DNA of 60,618 bases from Candidatus Brachybacterium merdigallinarum (GTDB taxonomy: Bacteria > Actinomycetota > Actinomycetes > Actinomycetales > Dermabacteraceae). The DNA is taken from the NCBI GenBank assembly GCA_019115335.1, contig DXDT01000122.1, positions 1-60,618 on the forward strand, read 5' to 3'. A program made the position numbers and the translations under genes. The notes below the pieces were generated by a model that was not told where the DNA came from, did no database searches, and worked only from the letters and a program-made list of their open reading frames with translations. Positions 1-9,246 of the stretch are shown here, piece after piece (position 1 is the stretch's first letter; every line of letters begins with the position of its first letter).

Positions 1-1
1 G

Positions 2-538
2 CAGTTCCCCGCCACACAGCTGCTGTCGGTGCTCGGCATCATCGTGGTCGCGGTCTTCTTCATCACCTCCTCGGACTCCGGCTCCCTGGTGGTGGACATG
101 CTCGCCTCGGGCGGTCACCCGAATCCGCCGATGTGGTCCCGTGTGCTGTGGGCGCTGCTGGAGGGCGTGCTCGCCGCGGCGCTGCTGCTCTCGGGCGGCC
201 TCACCTCCCTGCAGGCCGGTTCGCTGATGACGGCGCTGCCGTTCAGCGTGATCCTGCTGCTGATGTGCGTGGCGCTGGTGAAGGCGCTGAGCCTGGACCG
301 GGCCGTGCTCTCCGAGTACGAGCGCCTCGACCGTATCGAGCGGCTCACCGACCACATCACCGGCGAGGTCGGCCGCACCCATGCCTCGACCGACGAGATC
401 GCCTCGCTGGTCGACGACCGCATCGACTACCGCCTCACCCGCACCCGCGGGGGGATCGGCCGGGGCGGCCATCGCACGCGGGTCGAGGGCAGCAGGAGCG
501 GGCCGAGCGCTCCCAGCGCGCCCAGCGCTGACGAGTAG
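2..538 (+). CDS. BCCT family (betaine/carnitine/choline) transporter, C-terminal part (5'-truncated by window)
   Basis: FFITSSDSGSLVVDML and LQAGSLMTALPFSVI motifs are typical of the last BCCT TM helices; the frame is open from the window start. Confidence 0.9.
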   Translation, partial: QFPATQLLSVLGIIVVAVFFITSSDSGSLVVDMLASGGHPNPPMWSRVLWALLEGVLAAALLLSGGLTSLQAGSLMTALPFSVILLLMCVALVKALSLDRAVLSEYERLDRIERLTDHITGEVGRTHASTDEIASLVDDRIDYRLTRTRGGIGRGGHRTRVEGSRSGPSAPSAPSADE

Positions 539-584
539 CCCGCGCGGGCGCACGGGCCCGACGGCGACCTGTACCGTCGGGGCT

Positions 585-1628
585 GTGACGAGCTCCCTGG
601 ATCTGTATCTCGACCGCCTGCTCACCGCCCTGTCCACCGTGACCGCTGCCGAACATCCCGAGGCAGTGCTCCCGGACCGGGGCATCACCGGCAGTGCGGA
701 GGCCGACGGCGCGGTGCCCGAGCTCTCCTACGTCTCGGGCGCCCGGGAGGACCATCTCGCGGTCGCGATCTGCTCGATCGACGGGGAGATCACGGCCGCG
801 GGCACCGATCACGCCTTCCCGGTGCAGTCGATCTCGAAGGCCTTCGCCTATGGTGCGGCGATCGACCTGCACGGCATGGAGTACGTCGACTCGATCGTCG
901 ACGAGGAGCCGACGGGGGAGGAGTTCAACGCCCTCAGCCTCGACCCCCACTCCAAGAAGCCCAAGAACCCGCTGGTCAACATCGGTGCGATCCGCACCCA
1001 TGCGATGCTCGGCCCCACCCAGGAGGAGCGCACCCAGCGGCTGCGGGAGGTGCTGGACGCCGCCGCGGGCCGCACCCTCGAGCTGCACGAGCCCACCCTG
1101 GTCGAGGAGATGGAGCAGGCGGACCGCAACCTGGCGCTCGCCTACATCCTGCGCGCGGCCGGCTCCATGAGCGAGGACGCCGCCGAGGTGGTCGCCGGGT
1201 ACACCGAGGGCTGCACCGTGCTGACCACGGTCACCGATCTCGCGGTGATGGCAGCGACCCTCGCCTCCGGCGGCACGAACCCGCTGACCGGCCAGGAGGT
1301 GTTCTCGCGGGTCGCGGCCCGGCAGGTGCTCTCGGTGATGCTCACCTGCGGGATGTACGACAACGCGGGGGACTGGGTCAGTGACGTGGGCCTGCCAGCG
1401 AAGTCCGGCGTGGGCGGCGGCATCATCGCCGCCCTGCCCTCCCGCTTCGGGGTCGCCAGCTATGCCCCGCAGCTGGACCTGCACGGCAACTCCGTGCGCG
1501 GCACCCACTTCTTCGAGCGGTTCAGCCAGGACTTCGCCCTGCACATGCTCGACGGCGTCGAGCCGCTGGACCTCGAGGAGCGGGCCCGGGAGCTCATGGA
1601 CGTCGGGATGCACCCCGCGACGCCCTGA
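585..1628 (+). CDS. glsA: Glutaminase
   Basis: FPVQSISK (S-x-x-K), NPLVNIGAI, CGMYDNAG, PAKSGVGGGI, GNSVRG; GTG start at 585 chosen 7 nt after a TACCGT -10-like box. Confidence 0.92.
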   Translation: MTSSLDLYLDRLLTALSTVTAAEHPEAVLPDRGITGSAEADGAVPELSYVSGAREDHLAVAICSIDGEITAAGTDHAFPVQSISKAFAYGAAIDLHGMEYVDSIVDEEPTGEEFNALSLDPHSKKPKNPLVNIGAIRTHAMLGPTQEERTQRLREVLDAAAGRTLELHEPTLVEEMEQADRNLALAYILRAAGSMSEDAAEVVAGYTEGCTVLTTVTDLAVMAATLASGGTNPLTGQEVFSRVAARQVLSVMLTCGMYDNAGDWVSDVGLPAKSGVGGGIIAALPSRFGVASYAPQLDLHGNSVRGTHFFERFSQDFALHMLDGVEPLDLEERARELMDVGMHPATP

Positions 1629-1658
1629 AGCCGCCTGCCGGTCGGTAGACTTCCCGGC

Positions 1659-2489
1659 ATGAGTTCCCCTTCGACCAACGACCTGGTGCGCCGCCCCTTC
1701 GAGGGACTGCCGAACGAACGCGATCTGGTGGCGATGCGTCAGCTGATCCCGGCGGCGACGATGAGCGTGCAGACCACCTCCGAGCACGGCGCGGCCGATG
1801 TCGTGATCGCGACGATCCTGCCGATGGCCTGGCCCGCAGTCCGCCGCTCGGACGGCACCATCACCGTCGGCATCCAGGCCAGCTACCCCGGCGGTGACCT
1901 CTCCCGCGGCCTCGGCCAGGCGATCCTCGACGCGCTCGCCGCCGAGAACGGCACTCCCGTCCCCACCGTGCAGGTCACCGCCGAGTCGCCCCGTCTGCAG
2001 GACATCCTGGACCTGGACGGCGACTTCGAGATCACCCTCCACGACACCTTCGATTTCTGGATCGATCCGGGCGCGGAGCGCACCGCCGAGGTGGAGCACT
2101 CGCTGCAGCACGCCAACGAGTCGATCCTCCCCACCGCGTCCGTTCCGGGCCTGCCCCACGCCTACTGGGTGGACGCCGGCGCCAAGGAGCATCTGCGCTG
2201 GGTGCTCGACGCCGACGAGGATCGCGTGATCGACGCCGTCACCCGCCTCCACGCTCGGCGCGAGTCCGGCGTCGGCGAGGGCACCAAGTATGCGGGCTCG
2301 TTCCGGGCCGACGGCCTCTCGGTCCCCGTCTGGGACCTGCCCAAGGGCACGGGCGTCGAGGGTCTCGCGGGGGAGATCGAGGCGTTCCGCACCCGCTTCG
2401 AGGAGGCGCTGGCCGTCGAGGAGCCGCTGACCGCCCTCGAGCGGCGTGCGCGCGGCGGCATCGTCGCCCGTCAGGTGACCCTGCGATGA
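1659..2489 (+). CDS. Conserved actinobacterial protein (DUF5926-like)
   Basis: RPFEGLP..DLVAMRQLIPAAT N-terminus, HLRWV, GSFRADGLSVPVWDL and RQVTLR C-terminus resemble this family; leaderless start. Confidence 0.7.
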   Translation: MSSPSTNDLVRRPFEGLPNERDLVAMRQLIPAATMSVQTTSEHGAADVVIATILPMAWPAVRRSDGTITVGIQASYPGGDLSRGLGQAILDALAAENGTPVPTVQVTAESPRLQDILDLDGDFEITLHDTFDFWIDPGAERTAEVEHSLQHANESILPTASVPGLPHAYWVDAGAKEHLRWVLDADEDRVIDAVTRLHARRESGVGEGTKYAGSFRADGLSVPVWDLPKGTGVEGLAGEIEAFRTRFEEALAVEEPLTALERRARGGIVARQVTLR

Positions 2490-3787
2490 GCAGCGAGGGA
2501 CCGCTCACGGCGCACCGCCCGGAGCGGGTCGCTGTGGTGATCCCTGCCAAGAACGAGGCCGACCGCATCGAGGCGACCATCGATGCGGCGCGCGCCCTGC
2601 ACGGCGTGGACATCGTGGTGGTCGTCGACGACGGCTCCACCGATTCCACCGCGGCGGTCGCCATGGGGGCGGACGCCCTAGTGGTGCGGCACAAGACCAA
2701 CCGCGGCAAGGCCGCGGCGATGGCGACTGGCGCCCAGCTGGTGCAGATGCGCGAGGACACCGACCGGGCCGACGGCGGCGACAGCTTCATCGAGGAGCTG
2801 CATGCCGAGCCCCGCGAGCCCGGCCACACCGGCCCGCTGCCGGTGATCGACCCCGCCCCCGCCCAGCCGCGCGCCCTGCTGTTCCTGGACGCGGACATGG
2901 GAGCGAGCGCGAGCGGCGCCCAGCCCCTGGTCGACGCGGTGCTGGAGGACGGCGTGGACATGGCGATCGCCCTGCTGCCCCCGCAGGAGGGTGCCGCCGG
3001 GATGGGCTTCGTGGTCCGCACCGCCCGCCGCGGCATCGAGAAGGCCACCGGCTGGACCCCCACCCAGCCGCTGTCCGGCACGCGCTGCATCACCCGTGAG
3101 ACTTGGGAGGCGTGCCAGCCGCTCGCGGCCGGCTGGGGGGTGGAGACCTCCCTGACCATCGACGCGCTCACCGGCGGGTTCTGGGTCAAGGAGATCGAGG
3201 CGGAGCTCCATCACCGCGCCACCGGCAGCGACCTGCGCGGTCAGTTGCACCGCGCCGCCCAGCTGCGTGATGTGCTGCGCGCTCTGGCCCGTCGGCGCAC
3301 CATCGCCCCGGAGCCGCCGGTGGAGATCGAGCCGGAGACCCCGCTGGACGACATCGAGGAGACCGGGGAGCACGAGGTGCGCAGTGCTCCTGATGCCCCG
3401 GTCGCTCCCGGCCGTGACGCGGCGGACCTCGCGGACCTGCCCGTGACCGGCACCTTCTCCGACGAGCAGACCCGGGCCCTGGCCGATGCGGACATCGCTG
3501 CGCTGGACCGTCTGCTGCGGGACCTGCCGGTGGATGCCGACTTCGCCCCGGACGATGCCGTGTTCCTCGCAGGCACGGATCTGGACCTCCTGGCCACGCG
3601 CCTGCACGACGCCCCGGTCTCGGGGACCTTCACCCCGGAGCACGCGGTGATCATCGCCAGCCACCTCGACGCCGGCGAGCCCGAGATCCCGCCGAGCCTG
3701 GACTCGCCGCTGACCCCTGACGAGTACGCCTCGCTGGTGGTCCACGCCGCGGTCGACGCGGAGAACAGCGCGAAGAGCGACTCCTAG
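2486..3787 (+). CDS. Family 2 glycosyltransferase with acidic repeat-containing C-terminal extension
   Basis: VVIPAKNE, VVVDDGSTD, NRGKAAAM, FLDAD (DxD), PLSGTRC; ATGA overlap with upstream gene. Confidence 0.88.
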   Translation: MSSEGPLTAHRPERVAVVIPAKNEADRIEATIDAARALHGVDIVVVVDDGSTDSTAAVAMGADALVVRHKTNRGKAAAMATGAQLVQMREDTDRADGGDSFIEELHAEPREPGHTGPLPVIDPAPAQPRALLFLDADMGASASGAQPLVDAVLEDGVDMAIALLPPQEGAAGMGFVVRTARRGIEKATGWTPTQPLSGTRCITRETWEACQPLAAGWGVETSLTIDALTGGFWVKEIEAELHHRATGSDLRGQLHRAAQLRDVLRALARRRTIAPEPPVEIEPETPLDDIEETGEHEVRSAPDAPVAPGRDAADLADLPVTGTFSDEQTRALADADIAALDRLLRDLPVDADFAPDDAVFLAGTDLDLLATRLHDAPVSGTFTPEHAVIIASHLDAGEPEIPPSLDSPLTPDEYASLVVHAAVDAENSAKSDS

Positions 3788-5769
3788 ACGTCCTCCCGGC
3801 GGGGCAGCACCGCGGGCAGCAGCGCGAGCCAGATCCCGAAGATCGAGGCGACCAGCACCGGACCGGTGTCGTTGACCAGGTAGCCCACCCAGGTGCCGAC
3901 CACCAGGCAGAGGCGCACCGCGTAGGCGGTGGGATGCTGCTGGTCGAGTGCGGCGAGGCTCCGCCAGCGCAGGATCCTGGGCATCAGGACCGCGACCGAG
4001 GCGAGCAGCGCCAGGATCATCACCACTAGCAGGGCCGGATAGCCGGTGGTCATCGCGACGTTCTGGGCGAGCTTGCGGATGATCACGGTGAGCAGCTCCC
4101 CGCTCAGCAGCTCGTCGATGAACCGGCCCAGGTGGGTGCGGTCCTCGGCGGGCCGCAGCCAGTCCACGAACGAGACCCCGAGCACCGCCGCTCCGCCGCC
4201 CGCGCCGAGGGCCAGCACGTGCCACAGCCGCAGCCGGATCCCGGAGACCAGCAGCGCGAGCAGTCCGAAGGCGGGGACGGTGGCGAGCATCGACCCGAAG
4301 TCGGCCCCCATCGAGGGGGCCACGCACACCGCTGCGACCAGCCCTCCGACGACCAGGGTCCAGAGGGTGCGGGCCCGCGCCGTGGCGAGGACCGTGAACA
4401 GGCACAGCAGCGCCATCATCGCCGCCGCCAGAACCATTCCGAACAGGTGGTTGGACAGCCCGTAGAAGCGCCCGCCGGAGATCGGCTGCGACCCGAGCGG
4501 CGAGGACAGCTGGAACCGGGACCCGGTCGCGGACTCGCCGAGCATCAGCACGGCGATCAGCGCCGCGGAGACCCCGACCGGCCCGAAGGGATGACGGCGC
4601 CACGGCCCGCCCAGCACGATCGCGGAGAGCAGCAGGCAGCCTCCCCACACCACGCCGGTCAGCGCGAGCGTCGGGTTCTCCGACCGCCACCACGGCACCA
4701 GAGAGGCGAACAGCCCCACCGGCAGCGCGAGCGGCGCGACGGCCGCGAGCGCCCGGCCGATCGCCCGGACCCGGGGCCGACGGGCGAGCGGTGGCACCAG
4801 GATCATCACCAGGCCGATCACCCCGAGCGCCAGCCAGGATCCGAGCGCCGGCACCGTCGCGGCATCGACCTCGGCGGCGGCCAGGGAGCGGTCCAGGGCC
4901 AGCTGCTGCGGATCATCGTGATCGACGCCGCGCAGCGGCTGCCCGGGGATCAGCCCGTCGGCGCTCGCGTCGTGGGAGCCGAGGAGCGTGGGGAGCACGT
5001 CGGTGAGCACGACGACACCGGTCTGCTTGGTGGCGCCGCTGGTCAGCGTCTGACCGGGGAAGGCGGTGTCCATCACGACCTGCAGCCCGACGGTGCGGGA
5101 GGCGACCGCGCCGGTGCGCTCGACCTCCGCGGGATCCTCCGGATCGGTCGCGGCGACGGAGACCAGCAGGGTGCGCGGCAGGCCCGCGGCCTCGCAGCCG
5201 CCGAGCTCCTCGAGCACCGCGGCGACCGTCCCGTCGAGCGCCGTGAGGGCGTCCGCACGGGCCGGGTCGCCGTTCTCAGGCAGGGACGGCGCGATGACCT
5301 CGACCAGATCTCCAGCGCCGAGCGCCTCCGCGACGTCGGTGCCGTCTGCGCCGCTAGCCTCTGCTCCAGATCCGCCGAGATTCAGGGTCGTGACGTCGAC
5401 GGGCAGCTGCTCCCACTGGTCGGTGGGCGGGGTGGGGATGCCGCTCGTGCGCGGCGCCTCCTCGGCGAGGCCGCGGTAGCCGGTGCGCAGCGTCTCGACC
5501 CCCTGCCGCTGCGTGGAGACGACGGTGGTCGAGGTGGTGTTCATCGCGCCGAGACCGGAGCGATCGGCCAGGCACTGCAGCGTCGGAGTGGCCTCGGGGG
5601 AGACGTCCTCCCAGCCGAGGCCCGAGGTGACGATCACCAGGCCCACCGGTTCGTCGGGCCCGTCGGCCCGTGCGGGGGAGGGGCCGCTCAGCAGGACGCC
5701 GAGCACCAGCATCACGACCAGCCCGAGCAGCGCGAGCGGTCGGGGGGCGGGGCGGGACGCGGGGAGCAC
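3784..5769 (-). CDS. Large membrane protein: signal/anchor, extracellular domain and about 10 C-terminal TM helices
   Basis: 661-aa ORF with hydrophobic N-terminus and many TM segments; GGRFYGLSN and GADFG motifs; function unknown. Confidence 0.7.
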   Translation of the reverse strand: MLPASRPAPRPLALLGLVVMLVLGVLLSGPSPARADGPDEPVGLVIVTSGLGWEDVSPEATPTLQCLADRSGLGAMNTTSTTVVSTQRQGVETLRTGYRGLAEEAPRTSGIPTPPTDQWEQLPVDVTTLNLGGSGAEASGADGTDVAEALGAGDLVEVIAPSLPENGDPARADALTALDGTVAAVLEELGGCEAAGLPRTLLVSVAATDPEDPAEVERTGAVASRTVGLQVVMDTAFPGQTLTSGATKQTGVVVLTDVLPTLLGSHDASADGLIPGQPLRGVDHDDPQQLALDRSLAAAEVDAATVPALGSWLALGVIGLVMILVPPLARRPRVRAIGRALAAVAPLALPVGLFASLVPWWRSENPTLALTGVVWGGCLLLSAIVLGGPWRRHPFGPVGVSAALIAVLMLGESATGSRFQLSSPLGSQPISGGRFYGLSNHLFGMVLAAAMMALLCLFTVLATARARTLWTLVVGGLVAAVCVAPSMGADFGSMLATVPAFGLLALLVSGIRLRLWHVLALGAGGGAAVLGVSFVDWLRPAEDRTHLGRFIDELLSGELLTVIIRKLAQNVAMTTGYPALLVVMILALLASVAVLMPRILRWRSLAALDQQHPTAYAVRLCLVVGTWVGYLVNDTGPVLVASIFGIWLALLPAVLPRREDV

Positions 5770-5829
5770 GAGGCGATGCTACGTGGGGAGCCTGTTCGGC
5801 CGCGGGGAGGGTGCGGGACAATGTCAGCC

Positions 5830-6228
5830 ATGGCACTGATCCCCATCGACCCCAGCTCCCCGCTCGATCCCTTCGAACAGGTGCGACGAGACGTGATCGC
5901 GCAGGTGCTCAGCGGCGAGCTCGCCCCGGGCGACCGGCTCCCGGCGATCCGGGCGCTCGCCACCGAACTGGGGTTGGCCACGGGCACGGTGGCCCGCGCC
6001 TACAAGGAGCTCGAGGAGGCAGGGGTGGTCCTCACCCGTCGAGGCGCCGGCACCTGCATCGCACCGGATGCACAGGCGGCCGCGGAGGCGGCCGCCCCCG
6101 CCCCGGAGGCGCAGCTCGACCCCGCGCTGCGAGCCCTGCTCGCGGCCCCGATCGCCGACGCCCTGCAAGCGGGCCACACCCCGGCCCAGATCCTCGCCGC
6201 CGCCCGTGGGGAGCTCCTCGGCGACTGA
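5830..6228 (+). CDS. GntR family (YtrA-like) transcriptional regulator
   Basis: PFEQVRRDVIAQVLSGELAPGDRLPAIRALATELGLATGTVARAYKELE wHTH; alternative ATG at 5821. Confidence 0.9.
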   Translation: MALIPIDPSSPLDPFEQVRRDVIAQVLSGELAPGDRLPAIRALATELGLATGTVARAYKELEEAGVVLTRRGAGTCIAPDAQAAAEAAAPAPEAQLDPALRALLAAPIADALQAGHTPAQILAAARGELLGD

Positions 6229-6472
6229 GACCTCGTTGCGCGAGGATCGGCGAATCGACCGGATATTCTCGATCGCTGTGCTCGACCGCTATCTCCGGCC
6301 GATATTCCCAGTCCCGCGCATTCCTCCCCGCTCCGACAAAATATCACTCGGCTCCGACAATTGAATGCGAATGTCCACATGGGGGTGGTGTGAGCGTCCG
6401 TGAGCGGCCGTGGACTGTCGGTGTCGGTGATTTCGAAGGTCGCGGGGTGAACGGTTCCTCCACAATGCCCGG

Positions 6473-6481
6473 TTATCCACA
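6473..6481 (+). promoter_or_regulatory. Perfect DnaA-box consensus TTATCCACA in leader of HNH gene
   Basis: Exact 9-mer; degenerate copies at 6371-6379 and 6456-6464; function unproven. Confidence 0.4.
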
Positions 6482-6683
6482 TTTTTGGGGCATTATCGAG
6501 AAGCCCTTGTGGGAGTTGGGTGTGCCTTCTAGAATGGGTCATGGCAGAAGATCGAGGGACCTTTCGAGAAAAATCCCACGAGCGTCTCGGGAAATACCCC
6601 GAGTGGCAGCCAGGACATGGAGCAGGGACAGTGCGGTCGAGCAGCTGACCGCATTGCGATGACGCGGGACGGAGGTGGCAGGC

Positions 6684-8258
6684 ATGACGGTTCTCGAGCA
6701 CAGCGAACAATCCAGCGAACGACCCACTGCGCCGCACACCAGCCCGCCCGCCGCGCCGCCGAGACGGCGCGTCCGGGCTCGTCGGCCCCTCACCCCCGAA
6801 TCTCTCGCTGAGCGCGGGGACGTCGATCCCGGCTCTCCGGAAGCGGCCTCTGCGGAGCGCCTGCTGTCCCTGCAGGCCGCCGCCTCCCGGGCGTACGCCG
6901 TGATGCTCCTGGAGCTCTCGACCCTGTGGGTGGAGCGGGATCAGGCAGATCTCGCCGACGATCGCGAGGAGAACGATCTCGTCATCGCGATCGCTCTGCG
7001 CACCACCACCCGGGAGGCCGGCACCCAGCTGCGTGACGCGCACATCGCGACCTCGGACATGCCGCAGTGCTTCCATGCACTGTCGGCGGGGGAGATGCCC
7101 GCGGCCTGGTTCACGCTGCTGCTGCGCTCGGTCCGCCACCTCGACCCGGAGCGGCGCGTGATCGTGGACGAGCAGATCGCGGGCTGGGATCTGCGATCGA
7201 TCCCCCTCGAGCGCTTCCGCACCGAGCTGCGCCAGCTGATCGCCTGGTTCGACGCTCATGCTGGGCGCACCCGGCCCGAGGACACCCGAGACGTCGCCCT
7301 GTCGATGCCGCACGAGGGCGAGGGCACCGCCTGCCTCACCATTACCGGGCCGATCCCCGAGATCCTGGCCCTCAGCCGCCGCCTCGACCGGGCGGGGCAC
7401 GCGGTCCAGGCCGCCCAGCGCCACGCCCTCGCGGAGGACTCCGAACCGGCCCCGATCCCCTTCGATCTCGACGGGGACGTCGCTGCACAGGGCCGCCCGA
7501 TGCGGCTGGCCGCCCTGCGCTACGCCGTGCTCACCCGCAGCGTGCTGGACACCGGCGGCATCGAGGTGCCCCGCGAGAGGTTCCGCCTCAACGTCACCGT
7601 CCCCGTGCTCTCGCTGCTCGGTCACTCCGAGGCTCCCGCCACGCTGGACGGCACCATCCCGATCCCCGCAGACATGGCCCGCCGCCTCGCCGCGGAGGAG
7701 TCCACCCTGTATCGCGTGCTCACCGACCCCGTCGCCGGGCGCTTCCTCCCCGCCGCACCGAAGCAGTACCGGCCCGGTCGCGAGATGGAGGAGTACCTGC
7801 GGTTGGTCGACCCGCTCTGCGCCGCTCCCGGCTGCGACCGCTCCACCAGCAGCATCGGGGAGAACGACCACATCGAGGAGTACCGCCACGACTGCCCCGA
7901 AGCCGGTGGCCCGACCAGCATCGAGAACCTCCACCGATTGTGCTGGAGGCACCACGACCTCAAGACCAGGCGCCGAATAGACCCCTCTCGCGACCCGGAC
8001 GACCCGACCACCACCACCTGGACGGTGCGCCGCCATCGTGCCCGCGCGGTCCTGCGGCAGAACCGGGACCTCACCACCCCGCTGCTCGCCGCGGCCCTCC
8101 AGGACTCCTGGGACACCTTCCAGTGGCATCTCGAGCTCGATGCCCTCGAGGCCAACGGGACCTTCGCCCGGATCATGGACGAGATGCGGGCGCTGGACGC
8201 GAACGACTACGGCGAAGACCCCGGCGACGAGCACTGCGCTGAACCCCCGCCGTTCTGA
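6684..8258 (+). CDS. DUF222/13E12-type protein with C-terminal HNH endonuclease motif
   Basis: CAAPGC...ENDH...GGPTSIENLHRLCWRHHDLKT HNH/Zn signature; LDGTIPIPADMARRLA and LTDPVAG typical of DUF222; GGAGG SD upstream of ATG 6684. Confidence 0.88.
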   Translation: MTVLEHSEQSSERPTAPHTSPPAAPPRRRVRARRPLTPESLAERGDVDPGSPEAASAERLLSLQAAASRAYAVMLLELSTLWVERDQADLADDREENDLVIAIALRTTTREAGTQLRDAHIATSDMPQCFHALSAGEMPAAWFTLLLRSVRHLDPERRVIVDEQIAGWDLRSIPLERFRTELRQLIAWFDAHAGRTRPEDTRDVALSMPHEGEGTACLTITGPIPEILALSRRLDRAGHAVQAAQRHALAEDSEPAPIPFDLDGDVAAQGRPMRLAALRYAVLTRSVLDTGGIEVPRERFRLNVTVPVLSLLGHSEAPATLDGTIPIPADMARRLAAEESTLYRVLTDPVAGRFLPAAPKQYRPGREMEEYLRLVDPLCAAPGCDRSTSSIGENDHIEEYRHDCPEAGGPTSIENLHRLCWRHHDLKTRRRIDPSRDPDDPTTTTWTVRRHRARAVLRQNRDLTTPLLAAALQDSWDTFQWHLELDALEANGTFARIMDEMRALDANDYGEDPGDEHCAEPPPF

Positions 8259-8286
8259 TCGTGCAGGTGTCGTACCCTTGCGTTCC

Positions 8287-9246
8287 ATGCGGTACGGATT
8301 CCTCGGCCCCGAGACCACCTTCACCCACCAGGCTCTCCTGCAGGCCCTCACAGAGGTCCCCGAGGAGTTCGCACAGCAGGATGCGGAGCTGGTGCCGTTC
8401 ACCTCCGTCGCCACCGCCACCACCGACCTCCTCGCCGGGGACATCGACGCGCTGATGGCGCCGATCGAGAACTCCGTCGAAGGCGGCGTCTCCGGGACCC
8501 TCGACGTGCTCGGCTCGACCGACTCCATCACCATCGTCGCCGAGCAGGTCGTCCAGATCACCTTCGTGCTCGCCGCCCGGGAGCCGATCCCGCTGGAGGA
8601 GCTCGAGGTCGTCTCCTCCCACCCCCACGCCCAGGCCCAGGTCCAGGGCTGGCTGCGCGCCCACGTGCCGACAGCCCGTGTCGCCGCGGCCTCCTCCACC
8701 TCCGCCGCCGCCCGCGATCTCGCCCAGCAGAGCCCCGAGGAGTCCCGTGGCCGCGCCGCCGTCTGCTCCCCGCTGGCCGCCGAGCACTTCGGGCTGACCG
8801 TCCTCGCCGAGCAGATCGAGGACTACGAGGGCGCCCAGACCCGCTTCGTGCTGGTCACCCGCGAGGGTCGGATCCCCGCCCGCACCGGCGCGGACAAGAC
8901 CACCCTCGTGATCCAGCTGCCCCACAACCGCTCCGGGGCGCTGCTCGAGGCGCTCGAGATCCTCGGCTCCAACGGCGTGAACATGTCCCGCATCGAGTCC
9001 CGCCCCGTCGGCGACTTCCTGGGCCGGTACTCCTTCTCGATCGACGTCGAGGGGCACATCGAGGATCGTCGCGTCGCCGCGGCCCTGCGCGCCCTCCACC
9101 GGCTCTGCCCGGTGGTGCACTACCTCGGCTCCTACCCGCGCGTGGACGGGCAGCGGCCCGAGATCCGCGAGGACTTCGCAGACACCGCCTACGACGAGGC
9201 TCGGGAGTGGGTCGAGCGCCTCACCGGGATGATCAGCCCCCGCTGA
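8287..9246 (+). CDS. pheA: Prephenate dehydratase
   Basis: YGFLGPETTFT, PIENSVEG, SHPHAQAQ, QTRFVLV, IESRP (ACT domain), LGSYP. Confidence 0.95.
   Translation: MRYGFLGPETTFTHQALLQALTEVPEEFAQQDAELVPFTSVATATTDLLAGDIDALMAPIENSVEGGVSGTLDVLGSTDSITIVAEQVVQITFVLAAREPIPLEELEVVSSHPHAQAQVQGWLRAHVPTARVAAASSTSAAARDLAQQSPEESRGRAAVCSPLAAEHFGLTVLAEQIEDYEGAQTRFVLVTREGRIPARTGADKTTLVIQLPHNRSGALLEALEILGSNGVNMSRIESRPVGDFLGRYSFSIDVEGHIEDRRVAAALRALHRLCPVVHYLGSYPRVDGQRPEIREDFADTAYDEAREWVERLTGMISPR

Noticed and set aside
381-584. N-terminal extensions in the ORF track (glutaminase, pheA, AbgT, dehydrogenases, LMF1)
   Set aside because: These are upstream in-frame runs overlapping neighbouring genes; true starts were placed using SD or leaderless signals and domain boundaries.
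6371-6481. Replication origin (oriC)
   Set aside because: Only one perfect DnaA box, and no dnaA, dnaN or rpmH context.
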